From IMG/VR virus record IMGVR_UViG_2850126897_000005, positions 19,416-83,415 of that record: 64,000 bases of DNA; one strand, 5' to 3'. Each line of letters starts with the position of its first letter. The first letter of the stretch is position 1. Below, piece by piece: positions 46,586 through 56,370 of this stretch. This DNA comes from a virus (lineage: Duplodnaviria > Caudoviricetes). The notes beneath the pieces were generated by a model. The model made no database searches and was not told where the DNA came from. It saw only the letters and a list, made by a program, of their open reading frames with translations. Made by a program: the position numbers and the translations under genes.

Positions 46586-47286
46586 TGTTATCACCCGGTC
46601 AACGCCACCGCTTAAAGGTGGAAATGCGCCAAAAGCTGGAGCAGCAACAAGCGGTTGCCATTGCCGATGGCGAAAGTATGCACTTACAAGCGCGTGCCGT
46701 TGACAAGGATGCCGCACGGCTCAAAGGGATGACCAACGCAGAACGCACCGAGATAAAACGGCAGGAATTTTTGCCCAATTATCTGCCGACTGCCCAGCGT
46801 TATCTGGACGACGGGAAAATCTATAAAAACCCGATTTTTGCCTACTGTGTCGTGTGGCTGTTTGATGTGGGGGAATTCCAGCAAGGATTGGATTGGGCGG
46901 ACATCGCCATTGAGCAAGGACAGCTCACCCCGACAGGCTTTAAAAGTGGCTTTCCTGCCTTTGTGGCTGACACCATCTTGCAATGGGCGCAGCTTGAAAG
47001 CGAAGCAGGTCATGCCATTGAACCCTATTTTTCACGCACGTTTCACAACGTCACCGAAAAATGGCGAGTGCACGAAAAGATTAAGGCCAAGTGGTACAAA
47101 TTCGCGGCCTTGGAAATCCTCAAAGGGGATAACAGTGAAGCGAAAGCCAGTGCCATTGATAACGTGGATGATTTAGAAAAAGCCGATGCCTACCTTGCGA
47201 GGGCGCATCAGCTAAACCCGAAAAGTGGCGTAAGAACCCATCGCACGCGTATTGCTATGCGACTGCGGGCACTTACTGCCGAATGA
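46585..47286 (+). CDS. Terminase endonuclease subunit (gpM)
   Basis: MLSPGQRH and VWLFDVG motifs. Confidence 0.9.
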   Translation: MLSPGQRHRLKVEMRQKLEQQQAVAIADGESMHLQARAVDKDAARLKGMTNAERTEIKRQEFLPNYLPTAQRYLDDGKIYKNPIFAYCVVWLFDVGEFQQGLDWADIAIEQGQLTPTGFKSGFPAFVADTILQWAQLESEAGHAIEPYFSRTFHNVTEKWRVHEKIKAKWYKFAALEILKGDNSEAKASAIDNVDDLEKADAYLARAHQLNPKSGVRTHRTRIAMRLRALTAE

Positions 47287-47298
47287 CTACCGCAAGCC

Positions 47299-47366
47299 AA
47301 GTGGGCGCAGCTGAGGCAATGCAATTAATTGTAATTGGCCGAGGAAGCTGGCCTTGCCCACTTTTT
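47299..47366 (+). other. Long hairpin with T-tract between gpM and gpL
   Basis: AAGTGGGC/GCCCACTT closing stem with inner AGCT and AATGCAAT/ATTGTAATT stems. Confidence 0.5.
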
Positions 47367-47381
47367 AATTAAGGACAGCCC

Positions 47382-47834
47382 ATGTTTGATGGTAATAGCG
47401 GTAATTATCGCCAAGAAATCATTACCAATGACGGTTTTTGGCCTGATGTGGATTTACTGGAATTTCAGAAAAGCCGTTCGTTGCCGACCAGTATCGATAC
47501 GGATTTTTTGGCCGATGCATTACTGAACACTATCACTGAAATCAATGGTGAGCTGATAAGCGTGAAAAATCAGCATCACGCCAAAGGATACCAGCAAGCG
47601 GCAGAAGTACCTGGTGTGCAACGCAATGGCCGTAATGCATTATGTGCGCAGTATTTAAAAGCGGTATTTGCACGAGCCAAAGCGGATTTATTGGGGGAAT
47701 ACAGTTCCATCGTGAACCGTGCCCCGAACTCGCAGCAAGAAAGCCCTGAACTGCGCAACCGCCTGTTAGCGGAATCCTCATTAGTGATCCGCAATATGAA
47801 AGGCTTAAAACGCGCCACGGTAACCATGATATGA
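47382..47834 (+). CDS. Head completion protein (gpL)
   Basis: NDGFWPD and YLKAVFARAKA motifs. Confidence 0.88.
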   Translation: MFDGNSGNYRQEIITNDGFWPDVDLLEFQKSRSLPTSIDTDFLADALLNTITEINGELISVKNQHHAKGYQQAAEVPGVQRNGRNALCAQYLKAVFARAKADLLGEYSSIVNRAPNSQQESPELRNRLLAESSLVIRNMKGLKRATVTMI

Positions 47835-48301
47835 GCAAATTGCAGCAATTAACCGCCTTTTTAAAGGCCAACTTGCCTGATGGTGTGTGCAATGTGGAGT
47901 TTTCTAGCGTCACTGATAGCATTCAATTCATCCCTGCTCAGCGCGATTTGGGCAATGACCAATACCGAATGCACATCAAACAATATGACGCGACGATTGC
48001 GTGGGGGCGTTTCCCCTATCGCCAAGTAAACCCTGATTATATCGGTATCTTGATTGATGCGTGGCTCAATGAAAATGACGATATCGATGATATTCAGCTG
48101 GATTTAGAGCGCCCATCCATGGACGTGGATTTAAATGAAAGCCACCAAGCGGTGGTGATTGTCACGCTGCAACTGGCGGAGAACGTCAACATGCGAGAGG
48201 ACGAAAACGGCATTGTGCCGATGGATGGCAAGCGCTGGACACTGTGCGACCCCGATGTGTGGATTGCCCAAGAAGCGGATATTGCAGGCGTTCACGCATG
48301 A
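47831..48301 (+). CDS. Tail completion protein (gpR-like)
   Basis: MSKLQQLTAFL N-terminus; synteny. Confidence 0.8.
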   Translation: MSKLQQLTAFLKANLPDGVCNVEFSSVTDSIQFIPAQRDLGNDQYRMHIKQYDATIAWGRFPYRQVNPDYIGILIDAWLNENDDIDDIQLDLERPSMDVDLNESHQAVVIVTLQLAENVNMREDENGIVPMDGKRWTLCDPDVWIAQEADIAGVHA

Positions 48302-48966
48302 TAAGCGGCCAGTTAAACCAAACCCAATTTAACACGCTGCAAGAAGCGCTTAAGCGGTTTGATTTAACCCCGAAAAAACGCCAACGCCTGTTATGGCGCA
48401 TCGCGAAATATGGCGTGATAGCGGCAGCAAAACGCAACGTTCGCAACCAACAAACGCCAGAGGGCGAACCGTGGCCACAGCGCCAGGGAAACTGGCGTAA
48501 AAAGATGCTGCGCAACATGCCCAAAGTGCTGCACATCAAGGAACTACCTGAAACACAAAGCGTGCGGGTTTACCTCAAAGGGGGCAAATACCGCAACGGC
48601 AAAAAACAGATCCCTGCGGGTGTTGTGGGCTATTCGCAACAACATGGGATGAACGTGACCGTGAATAAATCCAGCTTTAAATCTGAGCGCGATAAAACAC
48701 GGCCAGCCACCAAGAAGCAAGCCAAAAAATTACGGGCGCTGGGATACAAGGAGCGCAAAGGTAAAGGCTGGCGCAAACCGCCTGTTAAAGCCATTGAAAG
48801 CGGGATGAGCTTTGCTAAAGCAGGTTTATTAATTCGCACCTTAAGCGATGAGACGCCGCAAAATTCATGGGTGATTGATGTGCCAGCGCGTGAATTTTTG
48901 GGCATCAATCAAGATGAATTTGAAAAAGCCCTCGCACGGCAACTGCAAGGGATTGGGTTTGGTTAA
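48298..48966 (+). CDS. Virion morphogenesis protein (gpS-like)
   Basis: QQTPEGEPWPQR and PAREFLG motifs; start set at ATG 48298. Confidence 0.82.
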   Translation: MISGQLNQTQFNTLQEALKRFDLTPKKRQRLLWRIAKYGVIAAAKRNVRNQQTPEGEPWPQRQGNWRKKMLRNMPKVLHIKELPETQSVRVYLKGGKYRNGKKQIPAGVVGYSQQHGMNVTVNKSSFKSERDKTRPATKKQAKKLRALGYKERKGKGWRKPPVKAIESGMSFAKAGLLIRTLSDETPQNSWVIDVPAREFLGINQDEFEKALARQLQGIGFG

Positions 48967-48990
48967 ACAACCATAAAAGAGGGATTTTTT

Positions 48991-50112
48991 ATGACATGGC
49001 CATCTGTACAGGTGAACCAAGTAAATCAGCTACAAGGGGAAACCAAAGAGGTTGAACGCACGGTATTGTTTGTGGGAACAGGCAATACCAACGTGGGCAA
49101 AACGGTTTCCGTCAATACACAAACGGATTTTGATGATGTGTTAGGCCGTGAAGATAGCGCACTGAAACGCAATGTGATGGCCGCCATGAATAACGCGGGG
49201 CAAAACTGGTCGGCTTATCTTCATGTGATGGCGGTTGATGCTGAGCCGCTGGGGTTTGTGGATGCAGTGATTGCCGCGCAAGACGTGGCCAGTGTGGAGG
49301 GTTACGTTTTACTGACCACGGCCAGCAAAGAAGTCATTGATGCAGCCAATACCTTGCGTGAAACCTTGATTGCCAAGTATGGCCGTTGGGTCTGGTCAAT
49401 CATTACCGTGGATGCCCCCACCAAAGACGAAAGCTGGCCAGACTATGTGGCTCGCATCATTACGTTGCAAAAAGGCATTGCTGCCCCGTCGGTGCAACTG
49501 GTACCGCAACTGTGGGGTAAAGAAGCGGGTGTATTAGCAGGCCGTTTATGTACCCGTTCGGTGACCATCGCGGACACGCCAGCGCGGGTAAAAACAGGCG
49601 CATTAAAAGACATGGGCGCAACGCTCCCCCTTGATGGCACAGGTAAAGAGATTGATTTAGCGACTTTGCAGGCGTTAGAGAAAAACCGCCTCAGTGTGCC
49701 AATGTGGTACCCCGACTACGACGGTTTGTACTGGGCAGATGGCCGCACATTAGACGTGGAAGGCGGTGATTTTCAAAACATCGAAAACCTGCGCATTGTC
49801 GATAAAGTGGCGCGAAATGTACGCATTCGGGCAATTGCCAAAATTGGTGATCGCAGCTTAAACAGTACGCCCAATTCCATTGAAACCCACAAAAGCTATT
49901 TTGCCCGTGTGATGCGTGAAATGGCGCGCTCTAGCCAAATCAACGGCATTACGTTCCCTGGGGAATGCAAACCGCCACAAGATAGCGATGTGGTGATCAC
50001 TTGGATGAGCAAAACCAAAGTCGCGGTGTATTTTGTGGTTCGAACCTATGAATGCCCAAAAGGCATTGAAGCGAGTGTGATCTTAGATACCAGCTTGGAG
50101 GGCGCGGCATGA
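48991..50112 (+). CDS. Tail sheath (HP1-type, DUF2586)
   Basis: MTWPSVQVNQVNQLQG and PMWYPDYDG motifs. Confidence 0.88.
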   Translation: MTWPSVQVNQVNQLQGETKEVERTVLFVGTGNTNVGKTVSVNTQTDFDDVLGREDSALKRNVMAAMNNAGQNWSAYLHVMAVDAEPLGFVDAVIAAQDVASVEGYVLLTTASKEVIDAANTLRETLIAKYGRWVWSIITVDAPTKDESWPDYVARIITLQKGIAAPSVQLVPQLWGKEAGVLAGRLCTRSVTIADTPARVKTGALKDMGATLPLDGTGKEIDLATLQALEKNRLSVPMWYPDYDGLYWADGRTLDVEGGDFQNIENLRIVDKVARNVRIRAIAKIGDRSLNSTPNSIETHKSYFARVMREMARSSQINGITFPGECKPPQDSDVVITWMSKTKVAVYFVVRTYECPKGIEASVILDTSLEGAA

Positions 50113-50564
50113 GTAAACGGATTTCGGGTCAGTCGTTTGATTTTAACCTAGACGGCTCACTCATTCATGTTGAGAAATCAACGTTAAACCTTACGGATAA
50201 CACAGGCGTCGCTCAAACCAATGGCGTGCCCGATGGTTGGGTTTCAGGGGATGTGTCTGCAGAGGGTGAGCTGGAATTTAGCACCAAAGCGTTAGCCATT
50301 TTAAAAGCCAAAGCCCGTGCGGCAGGCTCATGGCGCAGCATTCCCGAAGTGGATTTGATGTGGTACGCCAAAGCAGGCGGCGAGGAAATGAAAGTAGAAG
50401 CCTTTGGCTGCAAATTGCTGTTATCGGACATTTTGGATTATGACCCAAAAGGCGGTACCACGGTGAATTTAAAAGTGAAATTCCTTGTCACCAGCCCTGA
50501 TTTTGTGCGTTTGGATGGCATTCCTTACCTTGAGTCAGAGTTGACAGACAAATTAATCGGTTAA
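50109..50564 (+). CDS. Tail tube (HP1-type, DUF2597)
   Basis: RISGQSFD and VTSPDFVRLDGIPYL motifs. Confidence 0.88.
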   Translation: MSKRISGQSFDFNLDGSLIHVEKSTLNLTDNTGVAQTNGVPDGWVSGDVSAEGELEFSTKALAILKAKARAAGSWRSIPEVDLMWYAKAGGEEMKVEAFGCKLLLSDILDYDPKGGTTVNLKVKFLVTSPDFVRLDGIPYLESELTDKLIG

Positions 50565-50572
50565 AAGGAAAA

Positions 50573-50881
50573 GTGTTCATGGAAGAACATGAAAAAACAT
50601 TTATCACCCTGTTTTTTATGGGCGTGCTCATTGCCGTTGGCAAAATCCTCACCAGTGACGAACAAATTACCGCACGTTTGTTTTTCGGGCGTGTTTTTCT
50701 GGGGGCGGCAATTTCAGTCATGGCAGGTGCCGCGCTGATTTGGTTCCCCAATATCTCCCCCTTAGCGGTCACGGGGATTGGTACCGCTTTTGGGATCGCA
50801 GGTTATCAGTTAGTTGAAATGTGGCTTAAAAAGCGTGGAAAAGCGTTATTACAAGGAAAGTTAAAAGATGACATTAAGTGA
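50573..50881 (+). CDS. Holin
   Basis: Three TMs, basic C-terminus, directly before endolysin. Confidence 0.85.
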   Translation: MFMEEHEKTFITLFFMGVLIAVGKILTSDEQITARLFFGRVFLGAAISVMAGAALIWFPNISPLAVTGIGTAFGIAGYQLVEMWLKKRGKALLQGKLKDDIK

Positions 50882-51200
50882 GAAACAAGCCTTATTCACC
50901 GTGATGATTGGCAGGCTGATTTTATGGGCAGATGAGCACGGATACCGCCTGACCTTTGGTGAAGCCTTTCGCACTAGTGAGCAAGCCAGCGCGAATGCCA
51001 AAACAGGCAAAGGCATCAAAAACAGCTTGCACACCTCACGCCTCGCCGTGGACTTTAATTTATTTATCAACGGCCAATACCGTGAAGATACCCCAAGCTA
51101 TTTGCCTCTAGGCGAATATTGGGAATCTATCGGGGGCACTTGGGGCGGCCGATTTAACGATGGTAACCATTTCAGCTTAGCCCATAACGGAGTGAAGTAA
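50868..51200 (+). CDS. Endolysin, M15-family peptidase
   Basis: SLHTSRLAVD and WGGRFNDGNHFS zinc-peptidase motifs. Confidence 0.9.
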   Translation: MTLSEKQALFTVMIGRLILWADEHGYRLTFGEAFRTSEQASANAKTGKGIKNSLHTSRLAVDFNLFINGQYREDTPSYLPLGEYWESIGGTWGGRFNDGNHFSLAHNGVK

Positions 51201-51598
51201 TGGCCAAGCAACTTGCGTTTGTGTTCGCGCTAGGAATAGCGGCCTTTGGCGCAGGTTGGTGGGTGAATGAGCTTTATCACGACAGCTTACAGCTCAACAT
51301 TGAACGCGCTGCCAAACAAGCAGGCGATAAAGCCCGAGCCGAAGCACAAGCCATTTCCCGTGAGTCTGCGCGTCAGCTTGAAAACCAATTGGAGAATATC
51401 GCCAATGCAACGCCCAGGGAAATCAGAACCGAAGTTATTAAACCTGTGTTCACTAACGTGTGTGTTAGTCCTGAGTTTGTCAGCTTGTACAACCGCGCCG
51501 CCGAGCGTATCGAGCGAGAGTTATCAGGAAAACCTGTTAACCAAATGCCCAATCTTGTTGCCGAGACTGAACGGACAAACGGGCAAGCACGTCAGTGA
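51200..51598 (+). CDS. i-spanin
   Basis: N-terminal TM and coiled coil after endolysin. Confidence 0.78.
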   Translation: MAKQLAFVFALGIAAFGAGWWVNELYHDSLQLNIERAAKQAGDKARAEAQAISRESARQLENQLENIANATPREIRTEVIKPVFTNVCVSPEFVSLYNRAAERIERELSGKPVNQMPNLVAETERTNGQARQ

Positions 51599-51686
51599 AC
51601 CGTTAGAACTGTTTTTAACCTTGTACGGCAATTGTGCCGCACGTCATAACCAGTTAGTGGATGACATTAATCGCAAAAGGAATTGA
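51405..51686 (+). CDS. o-spanin lipoprotein overlapping the i-spanin
   Basis: GGAG SD; lipobox LSAC. Confidence 0.72.
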   Translation: MQRPGKSEPKLLNLCSLTCVLVLSLSACTTAPPSVSSESYQENLLTKCPILLPRLNGQTGKHVSEPLELFLTLYGNCAARHNQLVDDINRKRN

Positions 51687-51689
51687 ACC

Positions 51690-51950
51690 ATGAGCCAACA
51701 AATCACATTAGACATTGCCGGAAAAGATTACCGTTTCGAACCCAACATGACCGCCTATAACGGGTTTATCAATGAAATGGCAATGGACAACAAAATTGCC
51801 CCTGCCCACACCTATTTACGTCGCATTGTGGTGAAAGACGACAAAGATGCGCTGGATGAATTATTAAAAATGCCCGGTGCCGCGCTGCAAATCGCTTCAT
51901 CCATCAATGAGCAATATGCCCCGAAATTGGACATTAGCGTAAAAAACTGA
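51690..51950 (+). CDS. Tail assembly chaperone
   Basis: Before TMP; ends in slippery A AAA AAC TGA. Confidence 0.82.
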   Translation: MSQQITLDIAGKDYRFEPNMTAYNGFINEMAMDNKIAPAHTYLRRIVVKDDKDALDELLKMPGAALQIASSINEQYAPKLDISVKN

Positions 51951-52141
51951 GGGCGCGGGTTGAATCTATTGAGCGTAATGAGTTGGAGCAATTTATTGCG
52001 CTGCGTCGTCATTACTATCCTCATGATAATGACGAAATTGATAGTTTGGCTCGTGCTGCATGGCTGAATAACCAACACTGGGAAAATATGCGCATTGCCG
52101 TGGCCAATGGCATTGCACTGGCGTTAAAGGGTGATAAATGA
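51941..52141 (+). CDS. -1 frameshift extension of the tail chaperone
   Basis: -1 frame KKLRARVESIERNELEQ...ALKGDK, stop overlapping the TMP ATG. Confidence 0.8.
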   Translation, partial: KKLRARVESIERNELEQFIALRRHYYPHDNDEIDSLARAAWLNNQHWENMRIAVANGIALALKGDK

Positions 52142-54213
52142 ACTCATTAGATTTTACTTTAAGCTTAATTGATAACGTGACACAGCCGTTAAAACAGGCT
52201 CAGTCTGCGTTATCCAATTTTGCCCATGAGAGTCAAAAAGCCTTTACCCAAAGTGCCATTGGCGTGGCAGGGTTAGCGGGTGCGTTGTTTTCCTTAAAAG
52301 GCCTACTTGATCCCGCGCTGCAAATGAATGAAGCGCTACAAACCGCCAGTTTGCAAGGCGTGGATACTAGCGCAATGAAAAACATCACCCAATCGGCCAT
52401 GAAATTCAGTGCGCAATATGGCAAATCCTCGGTGGAGTTTACCCAATCGGCGCTCACCATTCGCAAGGCCATCCAAGGCGTAGCTGATAACGAACTGCCT
52501 TATTTAACCACGGTGACCAATACCACGGCCACCGCCTTAAAAAGTACCGCAGATGAAACCACCGCCTATATGGGGCAGATGTTTTCGCAGTTTTCCACCT
52601 ATGCCAACCAAGTGGGCAAAAGCCAATTTGCCGAAGAACTGGCAGGCAAAGCGCTGTATATGTCGCAAACCTTTGGTACCTCAATGGCTGACATTACAGG
52701 ATTAATGGAGGGCGCAAGGTCGGCAGGGACTCACTTTGGCGTGGGTATCGATGAACAACTGGCCGTGTTGGGGGAATTACAGCGCACATTGGGCAGCGAA
52801 GCCAGCAGCGCCTATGAGGGCTTTATGACGGGCGCGGCAGATGGCGCTAAAAAACTGGGGCTAAGCTTTGTCGATGCGTCGGGAAAAATGAATTCCTTGC
52901 CTGAAATGTTGGGTAAATTACAGCAAAAATATGGCGCAAATATTGATGGCAACCTCAAGGCGCAAAAAGAGATTGAGGCCGCGTTTGGGGATTCGGCCAT
53001 TGTGGTGAAGCAGCTCTATGGCGATGTGGATGTGTTACGCAAAAATATCACCGCCCTAGGCGCGAACGATGGCATGAAGCGTACCCGTGAAATGGCCGAG
53101 CAATTGGCCGACCCGTGGGAACGACTAATGGCCATTTGGACTAACGTGCGCGTGGCCGTGGGGATGACGCTATTGCCTGTCATTAATCCACTGGTGAATA
53201 AAATCGCGGAGATGGGGCAAACCGTCCAACGTTGGCTCACCTTGTTCCCCAATATCGCCAAATACGTGGGCTATATCTCAACCAGTATCACTGGCGTGGC
53301 CGCTGCGGGAGCGATGGCCAATATCGTGATGGGGATCAGTAAATTTATTTGGGCGGGACTCCTAGTGGTCTGGAAACTGAGCCTTGCGACGTTGAAATTA
53401 ATCCCAGGTGCCGTTTGGCTGGCTAATAAAGCGATGGTGGTTTGGCAGGCCACTTTAAAACTGTTGCGAGGTACCTTGTTGGCGCTACGGATGGCCGCCA
53501 TCACCGCAGGTATGGGTTTTAACCTGATGAGTTTGCCCATCATTTTGATTATTGGGGCGATTGCATTATTAGGCGTGGGAATTTATTACCTGATTAAACA
53601 TTGGGATGCCGTTAAGGCCGCTATTCAAGATACCACCACATTTAAAGTGTTGGCTGCGGTTGTGATGGCACTTGGCCAAGTGTTTAGCGATGTATGGGAA
53701 TGGATTGGCCAAGGTTGGGAAACCCTGTGCAATTGGTTTGGTGAGTTTTCATTAACCGAAACCTTTGAGGCCGTTGCCAACAACATCCGCGATATTTTCG
53801 GCAATGTATGGGCATGGGTCAAACAGACCTTTGCAGATATCTATAACTCGTTTGTCGATACCTTAAATTATTTGCCTGGTGTTGAAATTGAACGCATGGA
53901 GGTCAACACCCCAGGCGCCCAACCCACCAATAGCGTGCCTAATGTTGAGAGCATGGCTGCGGTCGATATTATTCGCCAGCAACAATTGTTTATGCAGGCG
54001 CAAGTTGAGCAAGCGGAGCCCATCACCAATACACAAATATTAACGGGCAAACAGCTCAAAGGCATTGATAAAAATGGCATTGGGAAAAATGCCGTGGGTT
54101 CAACAACCAGTCATGTCGATAACAGTCGAAATTATGAAAATGTGGTCATTAAAGTTGAAACAATGCCATCACCACAACAATTAACGGAATATGAGATGTT
54201 AGCGCATGGATAG
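52138..54213 (+). CDS. Tape measure protein
   Basis: 691 aa; EQLAVLGELQ/EASSAYEGF motifs; TM stretch. Confidence 0.9.
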   Translation: MNSLDFTLSLIDNVTQPLKQAQSALSNFAHESQKAFTQSAIGVAGLAGALFSLKGLLDPALQMNEALQTASLQGVDTSAMKNITQSAMKFSAQYGKSSVEFTQSALTIRKAIQGVADNELPYLTTVTNTTATALKSTADETTAYMGQMFSQFSTYANQVGKSQFAEELAGKALYMSQTFGTSMADITGLMEGARSAGTHFGVGIDEQLAVLGELQRTLGSEASSAYEGFMTGAADGAKKLGLSFVDASGKMNSLPEMLGKLQQKYGANIDGNLKAQKEIEAAFGDSAIVVKQLYGDVDVLRKNITALGANDGMKRTREMAEQLADPWERLMAIWTNVRVAVGMTLLPVINPLVNKIAEMGQTVQRWLTLFPNIAKYVGYISTSITGVAAAGAMANIVMGISKFIWAGLLVVWKLSLATLKLIPGAVWLANKAMVVWQATLKLLRGTLLALRMAAITAGMGFNLMSLPIILIIGAIALLGVGIYYLIKHWDAVKAAIQDTTTFKVLAAVVMALGQVFSDVWEWIGQGWETLCNWFGEFSLTETFEAVANNIRDIFGNVWAWVKQTFADIYNSFVDTLNYLPGVEIERMEVNTPGAQPTNSVPNVESMAAVDIIRQQQLFMQAQVEQAEPITNTQILTGKQLKGIDKNGIGKNAVGSTTSHVDNSRNYENVVIKVETMPSPQQLTEYEMLAHG

Positions 54214-54538
54214 CCAATACATTGATTTATTAATCACTCAGCGTGATTTTACCTTGAATTCAGGCAGTGAGCCGATTTTGTGCAATAACCGTGTTTCCAT
54301 CGCTCAAGATTGTGTCCATGCCATTATGGAAAGCGGTTTGGCCACACAATTGGTGGGCGAACGTAGCCCCACCTTACGGGCAGATATTCGTAACCAAATT
54401 GAGATGCTTGTGGAAAATGACGAGCGCATTGTCCCAGGGACAATTTCCATTCACGAAGAATCACCCGTGAAATTGTGGATCACCGCAGAAACTTACGATT
54501 TTGGCCGCATGGACGTGGGAGTGGACTATGGCGACTAA
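54206..54538 (+). CDS. Baseplate protein (DUF2590, gp25-like)
   Basis: YIDLLI...DERIVPGT motifs. Confidence 0.82.
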   Translation: MDSQYIDLLITQRDFTLNSGSEPILCNNRVSIAQDCVHAIMESGLATQLVGERSPTLRADIRNQIEMLVENDERIVPGTISIHEESPVKLWITAETYDFGRMDVGVDYGD

Positions 54539-55712
54539 GCCCGATGTTGATTATGAAAAGGTTCTGCAAGATAGCGGTATGCCGACCACTGAGGCTGAAA
54601 TTCACGCGCAATTTAACCAAGTGGTGGCCGATGAGGGGTTAGTGACCAATACCTCACGAATGTCTCCGTTTTGGCGGCTCATTACCTCCATTGTGACCAA
54701 GCCCGTAATGTGGCTAAAAGAGGCCTTGGTCAATGTCGTCATGCGCAATATGTATCTGGCCACGGCATCAGGGGCATGGCTTGATTTGTTTGCTTGGGGC
54801 GTCAACTTAACCCGCAAACCTGCTACCCAAGCGCACGGTGTGATCCGCTTTTATAAAGTGGCAGGCGCTAGCGCGGTCACTGTGCCTAAAGGCACCATCA
54901 TCCAAACGGAGCGCATCGCGGGGGTGATTTACAGTGTGAGTACCACCCAAGCCGTGGAGATTGCCGCAGGCCAGCAAAGCCAGTTAATTCCTGTGATAGC
55001 AGATATGGCAGGCGGTGCGCATAACCTCGCCCCAGGCTATTTTCGTATTTTGCCCGTGGCCGTCGCAGGGATTGAGCAGGTGCAAAGTGAAAATGACTGG
55101 TTAACAACGCCAGGCGCGGATGCTGAAAGCGACGATGACTTGCGTGACCGCTGCCGCAACCAATTCAATTTAGTGGGGAATTACCATACCGATGCGGTTT
55201 ATCGCGGCATGATAGCCAGCCTTGTGGGCTTGAGCATTGACCGCATTTTCTTTTTGCATGATGCACCACGTGGTGCAGGTACCGCCAATGCGTATTTGTT
55301 ATTAGACAGTGGCGTGGCAAGTCAGCCTTTTATCGACCAAGTGAATGACTACGTGATGAAACAAGGCCATCACGGCCACGGTGATGACATGCGGTGCTTT
55401 GCCATGCCAGAAACACATCATGCGTTAGTTTTAACCTTATTCGTCGATAACATTGGCAACTTTAGCGCGGAACAACTGAGCAGCTTAAAAAATGAGGTGA
55501 ACGATTTGGTGCGCTGTGCCTTTCGTGAAAACAGTTTGTACCAGGTCAAACAAACATGGCCATATTCACGGTTTTCATTCTCTAACTTGGGGCGCGAGCT
55601 GCACCGCCAGTTTAGTGATATTCAGTCACTGCATTTTTCCTTGGGGGATATCACCAGCGAGCTCAACGTGCCCCGCTTAACATCGTTAGTGGTTGAGGTG
55701 AAAAATGTCTGA
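54528..55712 (+). CDS. Baseplate J-like protein
   Basis: GADAESDDDLRDR and PRGAGTANAY motifs. Confidence 0.88.
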   Translation: MATKPDVDYEKVLQDSGMPTTEAEIHAQFNQVVADEGLVTNTSRMSPFWRLITSIVTKPVMWLKEALVNVVMRNMYLATASGAWLDLFAWGVNLTRKPATQAHGVIRFYKVAGASAVTVPKGTIIQTERIAGVIYSVSTTQAVEIAAGQQSQLIPVIADMAGGAHNLAPGYFRILPVAVAGIEQVQSENDWLTTPGADAESDDDLRDRCRNQFNLVGNYHTDAVYRGMIASLVGLSIDRIFFLHDAPRGAGTANAYLLLDSGVASQPFIDQVNDYVMKQGHHGHGDDMRCFAMPETHHALVLTLFVDNIGNFSAEQLSSLKNEVNDLVRCAFRENSLYQVKQTWPYSRFSFSNLGRELHRQFSDIQSLHFSLGDITSELNVPRLTSLVVEVKNV

Positions 55713-56367
55713 CTTTCACGAAAAACTTAAACGCCTTGCACTGCCAAGTTGGATGGACAAAGGCGAGCCCGCCAAGCTACTGGCAGCATTACGTCGTTTC
55801 TGGACGATGATTTACGGCTGGCTAACGTGGCCATTAGCCCAATTGGATGCCGAAACCTGCACAGAGTCATTATTGAACTTGCTAGCATACCAGCGAGATA
55901 TTCAGCGCTTCAATGGTGAGCCATTGGACTTATACCGCAAGCGGGTGAAATACGCCTTTATCAACGCCAAAGACAGTGGCAGCGTGGCGGGGTTTATCGC
56001 CATTTTTGAACGGTTAGGTATTGGCAAAGTGCTGATTAAAGAGCGCCAGCCGCACATTGATTGGGACGTGATTATTCTCGTGCTCAATGATGAGCAGCTC
56101 TCTCGTGCCCCTGATTTGCTGATTAACATCATTTACCAGTATGGGCGCACCTGCCGACGCTATCAGTTTGAAGTGATTAACGATTATCAACTGAATATGC
56201 GCGTGGGCAGCATTGAGGGCGATTACATCAGCTATCACGCGAAATTACCCGTACCTATTTTGACGTTACGAGTGGGTGAAATTGCCAATGATATTCAAAT
56301 CAGTTATGCGACGCTGCAAGGAAGCAGCGCACCCAATATGACCTATGGGGCATCATTAAAAGGATAA
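55705..56367 (+). CDS. Tail protein I-like
   Basis: LNLLAYQRDIQRF and QYGRTCRRY motifs. Confidence 0.82.
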   Translation: MSDFHEKLKRLALPSWMDKGEPAKLLAALRRFWTMIYGWLTWPLAQLDAETCTESLLNLLAYQRDIQRFNGEPLDLYRKRVKYAFINAKDSGSVAGFIAIFERLGIGKVLIKERQPHIDWDVIILVLNDEQLSRAPDLLINIIYQYGRTCRRYQFEVINDYQLNMRVGSIEGDYISYHAKLPVPILTLRVGEIANDIQISYATLQGSSAPNMTYGASLKG

Positions 56368-56370
56368 ATT

